NCBI GenBank assembly: GCA_963704945.1
Contig: CAVPII010000014.1
Location: 22,463 to 86,462 of the forward strand
Source of the DNA: an uncultured cyanobacterium
GTDB taxonomy: Bacteria; Cyanobacteriota; Cyanobacteriia; Cyanobacteriales; Microcystaceae
Reading direction: 5' to 3'
Length of the DNA stretch: 64,000 nt
Shown here: positions 20,851 to 30,318 of the stretch, one piece after another
Position numbering within the stretch: the first letter of the stretch is position 1
How the letters are laid out: every line of letters begins with the position of its first letter
Made by a program: the position numbers and the translations under genes
Notes under the pieces: model-generated
The model's database searches: none
Told to the model about the DNA's origin: nothing
The model's input: only the letters and a program-made list of their open reading frames with translations

Positions 20851-20876
20851 CTTACCCCCAAGACATCATTTACCTA
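20851..20876 (-). promoter_or_regulatory. SigF-type promoter of pilA1
   Basis: Minus strand TAGGT-N15-GGTAAG about 65 bp upstream of pilA1. GGGTAA is the established SigF -12 element. Confidence 0.65.
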
Positions 20877-21022
20877 TCACCCCCTTCAAAAAAAGTTTTC
20901 ACCACAGCCTTCGGTTATTGCCTCATGGGCACTTCAGCGTTTATCTTTTCATTCCCTAATGATTAAGGCTTCGTGCAAGCAACTAAACTGGGAATACCCC
21001 CCACAGATTAGAGGAGAGAACC

Positions 21023-21596
21023 ATGACCACCACCATTGACGAAGTCCTCGACCTGTTCAAACAAGTCGCCCAAGCCCAGACAAGAAGTTCGTGAAGCCCA
21101 GAAAGAAACTGAGCGTCGCTTCCAACAATCCATTATTGAAAACGAAAAAGGCTTCAAACAGTTACGCCAGGAACTCGGTAATCTAGGGCAATCGTGGGGC
21201 CGATTTGTGGAAAATATGGTTGCCCCTGCTTGTGAAACTTTATTTTTAGATCGCGGTATTCCCGTCCATCAAGTCAGCCAACGGGTCAAAAAACGCCTAG
21301 ACGGTGACACCCTAGAAGTGGATATTCTGGTATTGAACCAAGACTACGCCCTGGCCGTGGAGGTAAAGAGTAAGCTAAGTGTTCAGGATGTCAAAGACTT
21401 TTTGGTTGATCTGGCAGACTTTAGGCGATTCTTCCCCGAATATCAGCAAAAACAAGTTTATGGTGCCGTTGCCGCCATGGACATTGAAGATGGAGCTGAT
21501 AAATATGCTTATCGCCAGGGGTTATTTGTTCTGACTCAATCCGGTGAAACTGTTGCTATTCTCAACGGCGACGAATTTCAGCCCAAAAATTGGTAA
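21023..21596 (+). CDS. coiled-coil plus PD-(D/E)XK nuclease-fold protein (DUF3782-like), apparent frameshift near 21079
   Basis: GAGGAG RBS and ATG 21023 (MTTTIDEVLDLFKQ), continuing in the 21036 frame with WGRFVE, EVDIL, AVEVKSKL and YAYRQGLFV. Confidence 0.7.
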
Positions 21597-21600
21597 GCGT

Positions 21601-22038
21601 CTAGCTATTGGGCCAAAAATCTGAATCTAGAATCTCTCCAATCGTAAATGGACAACACTCCGGAAACTGCTCATCAGGTAAATCCGTTTCTGCAATGGCC
21701 AGATCCCTCGCTTCCTGCCAACTTTCCGCCATAGCTTCCTCCAAACGGGACTTTAAACCCGGATTTCTCCTGAGCAATTTTGCAAGGGATGCCCTCTGAA
21801 CACGGATGGTTGCCCGCCAACTATTACTCCGTTTCCAATGCAGAATCTGCCATTTCAAAAGATGGGCAATCAAAACCATTAAGCGTGATTCAAGTTGGTC
21901 ATAGTGACGATTCCCCAAATCCCGAATCTCCTCTATCAAATGTTCCAAATCTAGCTGCTCAAAACGTTTTTGAGACAAAAGCTCCGCCTGCTGGTGAGTC
22001 CAACTAAAGAAATCTTGATTATAGAGAATGTCATTCAT
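21601..22038 (-). CDS. DUF29 family protein
   Basis: LYNQDFFSW, LDLEHLIEEI, HLLKW, SW..TI..QR, FPECCPFT motifs. Confidence 0.88.
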   Translation of the reverse strand: MNDILYNQDFFSWTHQQAELLSQKRFEQLDLEHLIEEIRDLGNRHYDQLESRLMVLIAHLLKWQILHWKRSNSWRATIRVQRASLAKLLRRNPGLKSRLEEAMAESWQEARDLAIAETDLPDEQFPECCPFTIGEILDSDFWPNS

Positions 22039-22075
22039 TTGTTAGCTCCGGCAATTCATCAATACCATTATCTAT

Positions 22076-22999
22076 TCACTGCCCACTATTCTCTGCCAAC
22101 CACTCCTCCACATTAGTCAAAGCAGTAAAATCCAACAATGCCTCCCCCAAACCCTCCAACTGGATCGTTCCCAACTGCCGAATCTGGCCAACCATAGCAT
22201 TAGGTAAGGTGCCAAACCGGCGGGTCAAAAGACGCAAAACCAGAGTTGCCTCCCCTCGTTGTTCACCCTGTTGAAGTCCTTGCTGGAGTCCTTGTTGAAG
22301 TCCCAACTGGAGTCCCTTGTTTAGACCCAGTTCCTGGCCTTCCTGTAAGCCTTTTTGTCTAGACTCCGCCACAATACGTTGATAAACCACCGATTCCTGC
22401 ATGAGTTCCTCCTTGAGATAAACACCAATTAGCCTTTGATCAAAATTAATCCCAGCTAGCAACTGGACACAGGCCGCGACATTACTGCGCTCGGCTCTGT
22501 TTTCGATTATATCCACCCTCCTTGCCACGTTGGCCAGTAATGCTTCTGGTTCCGACGTTTTCGCCAACACCGCCAACGGCAACAAAAATGGCTGATTCAG
22601 CAATAACGACGCTTCCACCTCCCACAGGCGAGTCACCCGATAGGGATGGAACCTTTTGCCATCTTGAAAACAATCTTCAAACACCAACGGCGAATTAGTT
22701 CGTTTTAGGTAAATTACTACTTGTTCAATCTCACACTTATACTGACGATAAAGCCGCACCCAATAGTCCAACATTCGGAAGGGAATTGGTGGTTCCGACT
22801 TTGCCACTGTTTGGAACTCCAAATGCAGAATTCGTCCCTGACCTCGAAGGAAAAATAGCGTATCCGCCCGGATCGGTTCCAGTTTCAATTCCGTATTCAA
22901 TAGTTCCCAGCTATCATCACCTGACCCTGGCAGTAACCAATCCACAAACGCCTGGGGGTCAGCCTCCACCATAAACTTGAGCACGTTATCAAAACTCAT
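22076..22999 (-). CDS. Rpn-family (YhgA-like) PD-(D/E)XK nuclease with C-terminal DUF4351-like domain
   Basis: IRADTLFFL, ILHLEFQT, PFRMLDY motifs; (QQGL)n linker; LVLRLLTRRFG..LEGLGEALLDF tail. Confidence 0.85.
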   Translation of the reverse strand: MSFDNVLKFMVEADPQAFVDWLLPGSGDDSWELLNTELKLEPIRADTLFFLRGQGRILHLEFQTVAKSEPPIPFRMLDYWVRLYRQYKCEIEQVVIYLKRTNSPLVFEDCFQDGKRFHPYRVTRLWEVEASLLLNQPFLLPLAVLAKTSEPEALLANVARRVDIIENRAERSNVAACVQLLAGINFDQRLIGVYLKEELMQESVVYQRIVAESRQKGLQEGQELGLNKGLQLGLQQGLQQGLQQGEQRGEATLVLRLLTRRFGTLPNAMVGQIRQLGTIQLEGLGEALLDFTALTNVEEWLAENSGQ

Positions 23000-23158
23000 A
23001 CCAATTCCTGTTCAACTTTGTGGTTCGGGCACTAGGATTTTGCCCACTTAGAACTTAGCTAGCATCATACCCTTGCTGTATCCTTTGACCGAAGCTTAGA
23101 GCAGAAATGCCCTGACGGCCTGGAAAAGAGAACTTTTACCTTCAATGAATATAATTAA

Positions 23159-23186
23159 GGGTGTGATAATGAACCTTTTCGCATTC
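23159..23186. promoter_or_regulatory. candidate dif-like 11-6-11 tyrosine-recombinase site
   Basis: GGGTGTGATAA-TGAACC-TTTTCGCATTC. The arms form an imperfect inverted repeat (7/11) 43 bp upstream of the recombinase start. Confidence 0.5.
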
Positions 23187-23229
23187 TTGTAAATGCTCCT
23201 AACCTAGCTTTAAATTCCACCAATAATCT

Positions 23230-24171
23230 ATGCTCGTCCCCGCTTCTCCAAACCTTGCCCCCCTGGATCAAGATATCCTCGCAGAACTTCTGCGGGATAA
23301 AAGATCCCCCAACACCAGAAGAACCTATGCCAAGGGTTTAAATGATTTTTTTCTGACGATGACCGGAGAAGAAGCATCACCGGAAATCATTGCTTGGTTT
23401 TTAAATTTGGGACATTTTGAGGCGATCGCCATAGTGTTGCGCTATCGGGCGGGGTTAGTGGAAAGGGAGTTAAAACCCGCCACCATTAATGTGCGACTGT
23501 CCGCCGTGAAAAGTTTGGTTAACTATGCCCGTAGGGTAGGGAAATGCAATTACACCCTGGAAGATGTGGAAGGACTGAAAGCAGAAACCTATCGGGATAC
23601 TACGGGGGTAAGTCCTGACTCCTTTAAACAAATTGCCAACCAAGTGGATCAAAATTCCCTCAAAGGTAAACGGGACATGGCCATTCTGCGATTGCTGTGG
23701 GACAATGCCCTCCGCCGGGCGGAAGTTTGTAGTTTGAATATTGCGGATTATCAACCGGGGGAAAGGCGATTATTAATTAGGGGTAAGGGAAGATTAAGCA
23801 AGGAATCCGTAAACATTAGTGCCAAAGCCATTACCTTTATTGATGATTGGCTAACGGCCATCGGTCATCGAACTAAGGACAAACCCCTTTTCTGCACTGT
23901 GGATCGAGCTACCTTTGGTCACCGCCTTAGTGGTAACGCAATCTACAATATTGTCCGCACTACAGCGGTTTCAGCGGGGATTAAGAAGGTAATGAGTCCC
24001 CACCGCATTCGTCACAGTGCCATTACAGCGGCCCTTGATGCCACCAATGGCGATACCCGCAAAGTACAGAAATTGAGTCGCCACAGCAACTTAAATACCC
24101 TGATGATCTACGACGATAATCGCCACAAACACCAGGCAGAAATCACTGATATCCTCGCCGATCTCATCTAA
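23230..24171 (+). CDS. XerC/D-like tyrosine recombinase
   Basis: SPNTRRTY N-domain. Catalytic R (ALRRAEV), K (GKG), HxxR (HRIRH), H (SRH) and Y (MIY) are all present. Confidence 0.9.
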   Translation: MLVPASPNLAPLDQDILAELLRDKRSPNTRRTYAKGLNDFFLTMTGEEASPEIIAWFLNLGHFEAIAIVLRYRAGLVERELKPATINVRLSAVKSLVNYARRVGKCNYTLEDVEGLKAETYRDTTGVSPDSFKQIANQVDQNSLKGKRDMAILRLLWDNALRRAEVCSLNIADYQPGERRLLIRGKGRLSKESVNISAKAITFIDDWLTAIGHRTKDKPLFCTVDRATFGHRLSGNAIYNIVRTTAVSAGIKKVMSPHRIRHSAITAALDATNGDTRKVQKLSRHSNLNTLMIYDDNRHKHQAEITDILADLI

Positions 24172-24178
24172 ATTTTTT

Positions 24179-24469
24179 CTAGCCGAACTTGTCCATCATT
24201 GTTTTGGCCCGCTTATGATTGGCGATCGCCAGACGAAATTCAGCTTTTTCTTTGGCCTGCTCCAGAATAGAGGGCCAGGCTTCCTTGTCGTTTTCATAGT
24301 GCTCAAACAACGCTTCAAATAGCACTTCCCGACTCAAACCTTCCTTAGCACAAAGCTTAGCCACCCGCTCCAACAACTTGGCCTCTAGGCGAATAGTGGT
24401 CTGCTTGGTGCTGAAATTTTTGGAACTTTTGCCAATAAGCTTAGACTTTGGATTTTTAGGCTCTTGCAT
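24179..24469 (-). CDS. small ribbon-helix-helix (CopG/ParG-like) DNA-binding protein
   Basis: KQTTIRLEAKLLERVAKLCAKEGLSREVLFEAL fits the beta-alpha-alpha RHH pattern. Confidence 0.55.
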   Translation of the reverse strand: MQEPKNPKSKLIGKSSKNFSTKQTTIRLEAKLLERVAKLCAKEGLSREVLFEALFEHYENDKEAWPSILEQAKEKAEFRLAIANHKRAKTMMDKFG

Positions 24470-24933
24470 ACTTTGCCATCTTGAATAAAATTTACAAAAA
24501 GTGCTTTATAGTTTGCATTATAGTCATTGATTAACCAAAAAGTATAGAATCTTAAGCTCTAGATTTTTTAAGTTTAGTTGCTTAGATATATAGATACCTT
24601 AACTCTAAAAATTAAGGCTTCTTAAAAGGCTTCTTAAATTTGAACATGCTTTTTTTCCGAGAAGAGCTTCTAGATTTCCATTCGTAGATTTTTCTGGGAG
24701 CCGGGATCAAAAGGCGATCGGGGTGAGGCCAAGACAAGATAGGAGGAATTGATTTAGACACATCACCTTGCCAGATCGAATTCCGGATCGAGCTACCATA
24801 TAAGCGGAAGCTAAGGCACTCAGGGCATCCCAGCCCTTAATCCGACGCCATGTTCTGATAAGTTACAGGTAAGTAAAGTAGATTGCCGTTAATTAGCCCC
24901 TAATTCCTGAGCTTGCTTGATCAATCGCCATTT

Positions 24934-26541
24934 ATGTTTATTTCCCCAACCCATCGCCTGCTAAAAATCACCGTACAACGCTTAGGAGGCGCAGTTATTG
25001 CCCTAGGTGTCATTGCCGGAGCAACCTTACCAGCCCTAGCGAAGGACGTAGTGCTGCAGGTGGGTATAGTGCAACGCTTTGGGGACGAAGACCGAGATCA
25101 ACTAACCATTAGTGGAGTCGCCAACGATGATCTCACCTTCGCCGCCACTAGTCCCCAAGGGCAAACCGTTACTCTCCAAGGCAAGCAAGCCACCATCGCC
25201 ATTAATCGTCAACCCATTGCCAATGAATTGACGGAAGTTTTGGTGCTAGGAGACCATGCCACCTTTGAAACAGCGGAGGACGATGCCCTCGCCTGGCAAG
25301 CAAAAGGTATTGCCGTGGAGGTCACCCAGCCGGGACGTTGGCAGGTCTGGGCTAAACGGGATGTATATACCAGTCCCTTGGTGAGGCGTTGGTTATTGGA
25401 AGATTTGAAAAAGCAGGGTTACGAGTTGCCCTACTTAGAGAGTGCGATCATTAACAACCAACCCCAGGCCATCTTGGTCATCAACGGCCAGAGTTATCCC
25501 ACCGAACAGTTGACCGTCACGGCCCCTAAGTCCCAAGTTCAAGTAACAGAAGGGGAAAAGAAATCCACCTACGGAGGGTGGTTGAAACTCCAACCCAATG
25601 CCTATGGCAATTACACCCTGGTTAACCATGTTCCCCTGGAAACCTATCTCCGGGGAGTGGTGCCCCACGAAATTGGCCCCAATGCGCCCCCCACCGCGGC
25701 CAAGGCCCAAACCATCATTGCCCGTACCTATGCCCTCCAGAATCGTCGTCGCTTTGCCGCCGATGACTACGAGTTATGTGCCACCACCCATTGCCAGGTT
25801 TATTACGGTTTAAGTGGCACTAGTCCGAAGGCCGATGAAGCCATTCAGCAAACGGCAGGACAGGTTTTAACCTACAACAATCAATTAGTGGATGCCCTTT
25901 ATTCCTCCACTGCGGGGGGAGTGACTGCTAAATTCAGTGATGTCTGGAATGGGGAAGAGAGACCCTATCTACAAGCGGTAATTGACTCCGCCCAACCCAT
26001 TTGGAATTTATCCAGTCAAAGTCTGGCCGATGAAGCCACTTTCCGCAAATTTATCAATCTCAAGGATGGCTTCAACGAAACCGGACGAAAATTCCTCCGT
26101 TGGCGCTACCCCGCTACCCTGGCGGAATTAAATCAGGATCTGAAAAAATATTTGACTAACCGCCGCCATCCCCTGGCAAACTTCACCACCATCTACGATA
26201 TGAACGTTACCCGGCGATCGCCATCGGGTCGAATTTTGATGCTGGAAGTGCTCACCGATAAGGGAGTGGTGGAACTAGCTAAGAATGAAGCCCGCAGTGC
26301 CTTTGGGCCTCCCCGCAGTACTCTTTTTTACCTGGAACCCACCTACGATGCAAACCAACGACTCCAGAGTATATTTTTCGTGGGGGGCGGCTTTGGCCAT
26401 GGGGTAGGCATGAGCCAGTTTGGTTCCTATAAGCTGTCCCAACTGGGATGGTCAGCGGAACAAATTCTTGGGTTTTACTATCCCGGTACCCAAATCCGCC
26501 AGTTAAATGAACAGATTCTTGGCCAGAAAACTAACAATTAG
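24934..26541 (+). CDS. SpoIID/LytB domain protein
   Basis: VNHVPLETYLRGVVPHE, AQTIIARTYA, HCQVY, GGGFGHGVGMSQFG, ILGFYYPG. Start uncertain. Confidence 0.88.
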   Translation: MFISPTHRLLKITVQRLGGAVIALGVIAGATLPALAKDVVLQVGIVQRFGDEDRDQLTISGVANDDLTFAATSPQGQTVTLQGKQATIAINRQPIANELTEVLVLGDHATFETAEDDALAWQAKGIAVEVTQPGRWQVWAKRDVYTSPLVRRWLLEDLKKQGYELPYLESAIINNQPQAILVINGQSYPTEQLTVTAPKSQVQVTEGEKKSTYGGWLKLQPNAYGNYTLVNHVPLETYLRGVVPHEIGPNAPPTAAKAQTIIARTYALQNRRRFAADDYELCATTHCQVYYGLSGTSPKADEAIQQTAGQVLTYNNQLVDALYSSTAGGVTAKFSDVWNGEERPYLQAVIDSAQPIWNLSSQSLADEATFRKFINLKDGFNETGRKFLRWRYPATLAELNQDLKKYLTNRRHPLANFTTIYDMNVTRRSPSGRILMLEVLTDKGVVELAKNEARSAFGPPRSTLFYLEPTYDANQRLQSIFFVGGGFGHGVGMSQFGSYKLSQLGWSAEQILGFYYPGTQIRQLNEQILGQKTNN

Positions 26542-26581
26542 CAATTAGTCCCTTCCCCACTTCACCAGCTAGTATTCACCT

Positions 26582-26926
26582 ATGGACTCCATGCCCCTTG
26601 AAATTTCTGTTCAGGACTTGGCCTTGATTTTGGCCAACTCCACCGGCGACCTCCAATTAATTGATGTACGGGAACCCCATGAGGCAGAAATTGCTTCCTT
26701 GCCGGGGTTTGATCTCTTGCCCCTAAGCGATTTTGCCCAGTGGTCTTCCACTGTCAAGGAACGCTATAGCCAAGAAAAAGAAACCATTGTCCTTTGTCAC
26801 CACGGCATTCGCTCAGATAGCATGGCCCACTGGCTGGTGGATCTGGGTTTTAGCAAAGTTAAAAACATTGTCGGGGGCATTGATGCCTATTCCCGCTTGG
26901 TGGACTCTACCATTCCCCGATATTAA
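26582..26926 (+). CDS. rhodanese-like domain protein
   Basis: LIDVREPHE, CHHGIRS, GGIDAY. Confidence 0.88.
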   Translation: MDSMPLEISVQDLALILANSTGDLQLIDVREPHEAEIASLPGFDLLPLSDFAQWSSTVKERYSQEKETIVLCHHGIRSDSMAHWLVDLGFSKVKNIVGGIDAYSRLVDSTIPRY

Positions 26927-27059
26927 CCACAGCCTCTAAAAGACCTAAGCCGATCGCCAAAGGCGTATGTTATTTTGGGAAAACCGTTGAAATGGCTTTC
27001 AGCACCGGCATTTTTCCCCACTCAAACCGTCGCAAATTTTTCTGGATGGCGATCGAACT

Positions 27060-28583
27060 ATGGCTATGGATTTACCCCTCAGGTTAAGCAATACCCCCTC
27101 ATTAACCCAGGTTTTTACCCCGGTCAATGTGGCCATTTTGACTTCCCTCGGCATCCACGGTTTCATTCTGGGGTTAGCCCTACCCCACTGGCAATGGCAA
27201 GAACCCAGCGGAGAAAATTTGGAGGATAGTTCCACCGTTGGGGTGATTGAATTAACCCCGGCTGAACAGAGTCGCCTGCCGGAAACGGATATTTTCTCTA
27301 CTAGTTCCCTTTTCCCTTCCCTCCCCTCCGGTAGTGATGTCCCCGCCGCTCCCAACTTACCGACCGCTCCGGACAGTAATTACAACTATTCCTTGCCCCC
27401 AGGGCAAAGTATTCCGACGCCGCCGGCCATGCCAAACCTGCCGGCCTATCCCAATCTGCCCCCCCTGACTAGTTACGGCAATTTGAGCCGTTTGCCCATT
27501 ACTAACCCCCCCATTCCGTCCTTACCGCAGTTATCATCTCCCCGTTCCTTTCCTCGGTCTTCCAGCCCTTTACCGGCTCCCCCCCAACAGTGGGCAAATC
27601 CCATAAACCCAGGCTCCAATCGCCCTAACTTTGGAACACTACCCCCCTCCCAAGGCACAGGCTTTATCACTAGGGCTCCCCAAAATACCAATTCCGTCCC
27701 ACAAACTGGTTTAACCAGTGAAGGCGAAGACACATCCCCGGAAAAACTGCGGGAAAATACCCTAGTTTCCATTGCCCAACAGGGCCAGGCTATCAAGGCC
27801 AAAGACAGTGTAGTAGGGGCCTATCCCCCCATTGCCTGCCGAAACCGTACCGAAGCGACGGTGGTTTACAATGTTTTCCCCAGTGGTCAAAAAGACCTAG
27901 TCGGCCGTTCCCGTTATCCCATTTTTAATCAGTTAGCCCAACAGGCGATCGCCAGCGCTAGCTATGGGGAACCAACCCAGGTAACGGTTTCTTTTAAATA
28001 CGATCCCAAAATTTGTGCAGGCATGGAGCAGTTTGCGCCCCCCAGCGGTCAAACCGGCGGCGAGACCATGGTCCCCACTATTCCCACCATCACTCCGTCA
28101 AGTCCGCCCCCCACGGCGCAACCAGCCCCCACTCCTAGCCAAATACCCACCACCACCATTACCCCTACCCCAGCACCCCAGCGTCCCAGACCAACACAGT
28201 CCCCCACCAACCAATCCCCTGGCCCCGTTTCTACCCCAGAGGTTAAACCTTCCCCCGTTCCCGATGCCCCCACTCCCCAGGTGAGACCTTCTGCCACCGT
28301 AACGCCCAAACCTGCTCCCGTTACTCCGCCACCGGCGGCACCCCCCAGGGTAACAACGCCACCAACGACCAATAATGCTCCGGTTAATACACCGAGTGCG
28401 GCTCCCTCTACCCCGGAGCAGAGAACATTGCCCAGAACCAAGGGGGATTTATTGCGGGAACAGCATCAAGCCCCTTCCATTGTTCCTCCCACGGAATCCG
28501 AAGAGTCTGGGGAGACCCAAGCCCAAAACGGTACTCCTACCACGGGAAATGGCTTGCCAGCTCCGATCCAGTCCAAAAAATAA
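27060..28583 (+). CDS. Pro/Thr-rich membrane-anchored protein, TonB-like architecture
   Basis: SLGIHG TM anchor (SxxxH), long Pro-rich linkers and a central YPPIAC..VTVSFKY domain. Confidence 0.5.
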   Translation: MAMDLPLRLSNTPSLTQVFTPVNVAILTSLGIHGFILGLALPHWQWQEPSGENLEDSSTVGVIELTPAEQSRLPETDIFSTSSLFPSLPSGSDVPAAPNLPTAPDSNYNYSLPPGQSIPTPPAMPNLPAYPNLPPLTSYGNLSRLPITNPPIPSLPQLSSPRSFPRSSSPLPAPPQQWANPINPGSNRPNFGTLPPSQGTGFITRAPQNTNSVPQTGLTSEGEDTSPEKLRENTLVSIAQQGQAIKAKDSVVGAYPPIACRNRTEATVVYNVFPSGQKDLVGRSRYPIFNQLAQQAIASASYGEPTQVTVSFKYDPKICAGMEQFAPPSGQTGGETMVPTIPTITPSSPPPTAQPAPTPSQIPTTTITPTPAPQRPRPTQSPTNQSPGPVSTPEVKPSPVPDAPTPQVRPSATVTPKPAPVTPPPAAPPRVTTPPTTNNAPVNTPSAAPSTPEQRTLPRTKGDLLREQHQAPSIVPPTESEESGETQAQNGTPTTGNGLPAPIQSKK

Positions 28584-28587
28584 AGTA

Positions 28588-29053
28588 ATGGTAAATCTGG
28601 GACAAGCAGGGGAAAGCCTAGTAGCGGCCTGGCTTGAACAGCAGGGCTGGCGGATTGTAGAGAAACGCTGGCGGGTAAAACAGGGGGAAATTGACCTTAT
28701 TGCCCATAACCATCCCACTGTCCACCTTGGCTTTTGTGGAGGTAAAGACCCGCAGTGGCGGCAATTGGGATAATGGCGGATTACTGGCGGTAGATGGCCG
28801 CAAACAACAAAAACTGTGGCAGACGGCAAATTATTTTTTAAGTCGATATCCCCACTGGGCCGACCTCACCTGTCGTTTTGATGTGGCCATTGTTTTTTCC
28901 CATGGGCAAATTCCAGAAAATTCCGGCGATATTGGTAATCCCAAGCCCTCTCCCACCGTCTTACCCCAGCAGTTGAAAATACGACAGCGTTTAGCCTGGC
29001 AGGGCTATGAACTTTGCTTGGAGCATTACCTAGCGGATGCCTTCGGGGGCTGA
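28588..29053 (+). CDS. YraN family nuclease-like protein, apparent frameshift near 28712
   Basis: [19 protein letters not shown] and GEIDLIA, then FVEVKTR and RFDVAIV in another frame. Confidence 0.85.
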
Positions 29054-29223
29054 AATAGATGGGATACGGAATCAGGGGCGGGAACAAAATTGGTTAACCA
29101 AACATTAAAGAATTACGCTAAACTAGCCTCAGTTATTATTTTTAACCCTAACTTCTATTTTATTTATTAGCACTATCGCTAATTATTTTTATTTTTACTA
29201 TTTATTTTATTGTTTAATTTTAT

Positions 29224-29793
29224 ATGACAATTCATAATGGTATTCCTTTCCGCAGGGATCGCTTGTCTATCTTTGTGGATGGGAATAATATGTTCTATGC
29301 CCAGCAAAAAAATGGCTGGTTCTTTGATCCTAGAAGAGTTTTATCTTTTTTCACTGAAGATCCCTTTGTAAAACTTGTTAATGCTTTTTGGTATACCGGT
29401 CTGAAAGATACCCAGGATCAGAGAGGATTTCGGGATGCCTTAATAAGTTTGGGTTATACCGTCAGAACGAAGATTCTTAAGGAATATTATGATGATATTT
29501 CCGGTAAATATTCCCAAAAAGCTAACCTAGATATTGAAATTGTGGTGGATATGTTCAACACCGTTGATCAATATGACCGGGTGATTCTCTTCAGTGGAGA
29601 TGGGGATTTTGAAAGGGCGATCGAATTATTGAGATCCAAAAGCACCCATATCACTGTAGTTTCCACCGAGGGCATGATTGCCAGGGAATTACGTAATGCC
29701 ACCGATCGCTATATTGATCTGAATGAAATTCGATTAGCCATCGAAAAACAGGATTTATACGGCACCGAACAAGCGACGGGCAGTGTGGCTTGA
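29224..29793 (+). CDS. labA: NYN/DUF88 domain circadian output factor LabA
   Basis: VDGNNMFYAQQKNGWFFDPRRVL, KANLDIEIVVDM and SGDGDF, as recalled for LabA. Confidence 0.75.
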   Translation: MTIHNGIPFRRDRLSIFVDGNNMFYAQQKNGWFFDPRRVLSFFTEDPFVKLVNAFWYTGLKDTQDQRGFRDALISLGYTVRTKILKEYYDDISGKYSQKANLDIEIVVDMFNTVDQYDRVILFSGDGDFERAIELLRSKSTHITVVSTEGMIARELRNATDRYIDLNEIRLAIEKQDLYGTEQATGSVA

Positions 29794-29877
29794 AAATCGA
29801 AGGTCCCCTACCAAAAATTTTTGCAGTGCTCCGCCCATAACGGATAGGTTTGGGTGTTGGTGAAGCGAAAAAAGCAA

Positions 29878-30291
29878 TTATTCGATTTCTGCTTGTTGTT
29901 GAATATACTGTTTTAACACTGATGAAGGAGCACCTCCGCAAGAAATTATGCAATAGGAACGACTCCAGAAAATTGGCTTACCTCGATAAATTTGATTAAG
30001 GTGTTCAGCAAACTCTTTTCTGATCAATCGACTAGAAACAGTCTTTAGATTATTGACTAATTTTGATGGCTGAACCTTCGGGTTAACGGAAATTAGGAGA
30101 TGAACATGATCTGCTTCTCCATTAAATTCAAGCACATCCCCTTCCCATCTTTGTATTGTGGCTCGAAATATTTCATCTAATCTTTCCAGCATTGGCTTTG
30201 TGATGCACTTGCGCCGGTACTTTGTGCAAGTGACTAAGTGAAAATGAATACTGTAGGAGCAGTGATAGAGAGTGTTTAAGGGCTGCGACAT
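29878..30291 (-). CDS. tnpA: Y1 HUH transposase TnpA
   Basis: HFHLVTCTKYRR, HUH motif DHVHLL, FWSRSY, catalytic Tyr in YIQQQ. Confidence 0.95.
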   Translation of the reverse strand: MSQPLNTLYHCSYSIHFHLVTCTKYRRKCITKPMLERLDEIFRATIQRWEGDVLEFNGEADHVHLLISVNPKVQPSKLVNNLKTVSSRLIRKEFAEHLNQIYRGKPIFWSRSYCIISCGGAPSSVLKQYIQQQAEIE

Positions 30292-30318
30292 CTTGAGCGA
30301 CTAAGTTAACATGGGACC

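Noticed and set aside
22255-22350. 12-bp periodic repeats as a CRISPR or VNTR array
   Set aside because: They encode the QQGL linker of the Rpn protein and have no spacers.
21023-24171. Integron (integrase plus cassettes) or prophage
   Set aside because: No attC-like repeats, mixed gene orientation, no phage genes and no flanking att duplication seen.
24720-24900. Possible ncRNA upstream of the SpoIID gene
   Set aside because: No clear stem, terminator or recognisable family motif.
27300-28560. C-rich low-complexity tract and antisense Gly/Val-rich ORFs
   Set aside because: Explained by Pro/Thr codons of the sense gene; the antisense ORFs are shadows.
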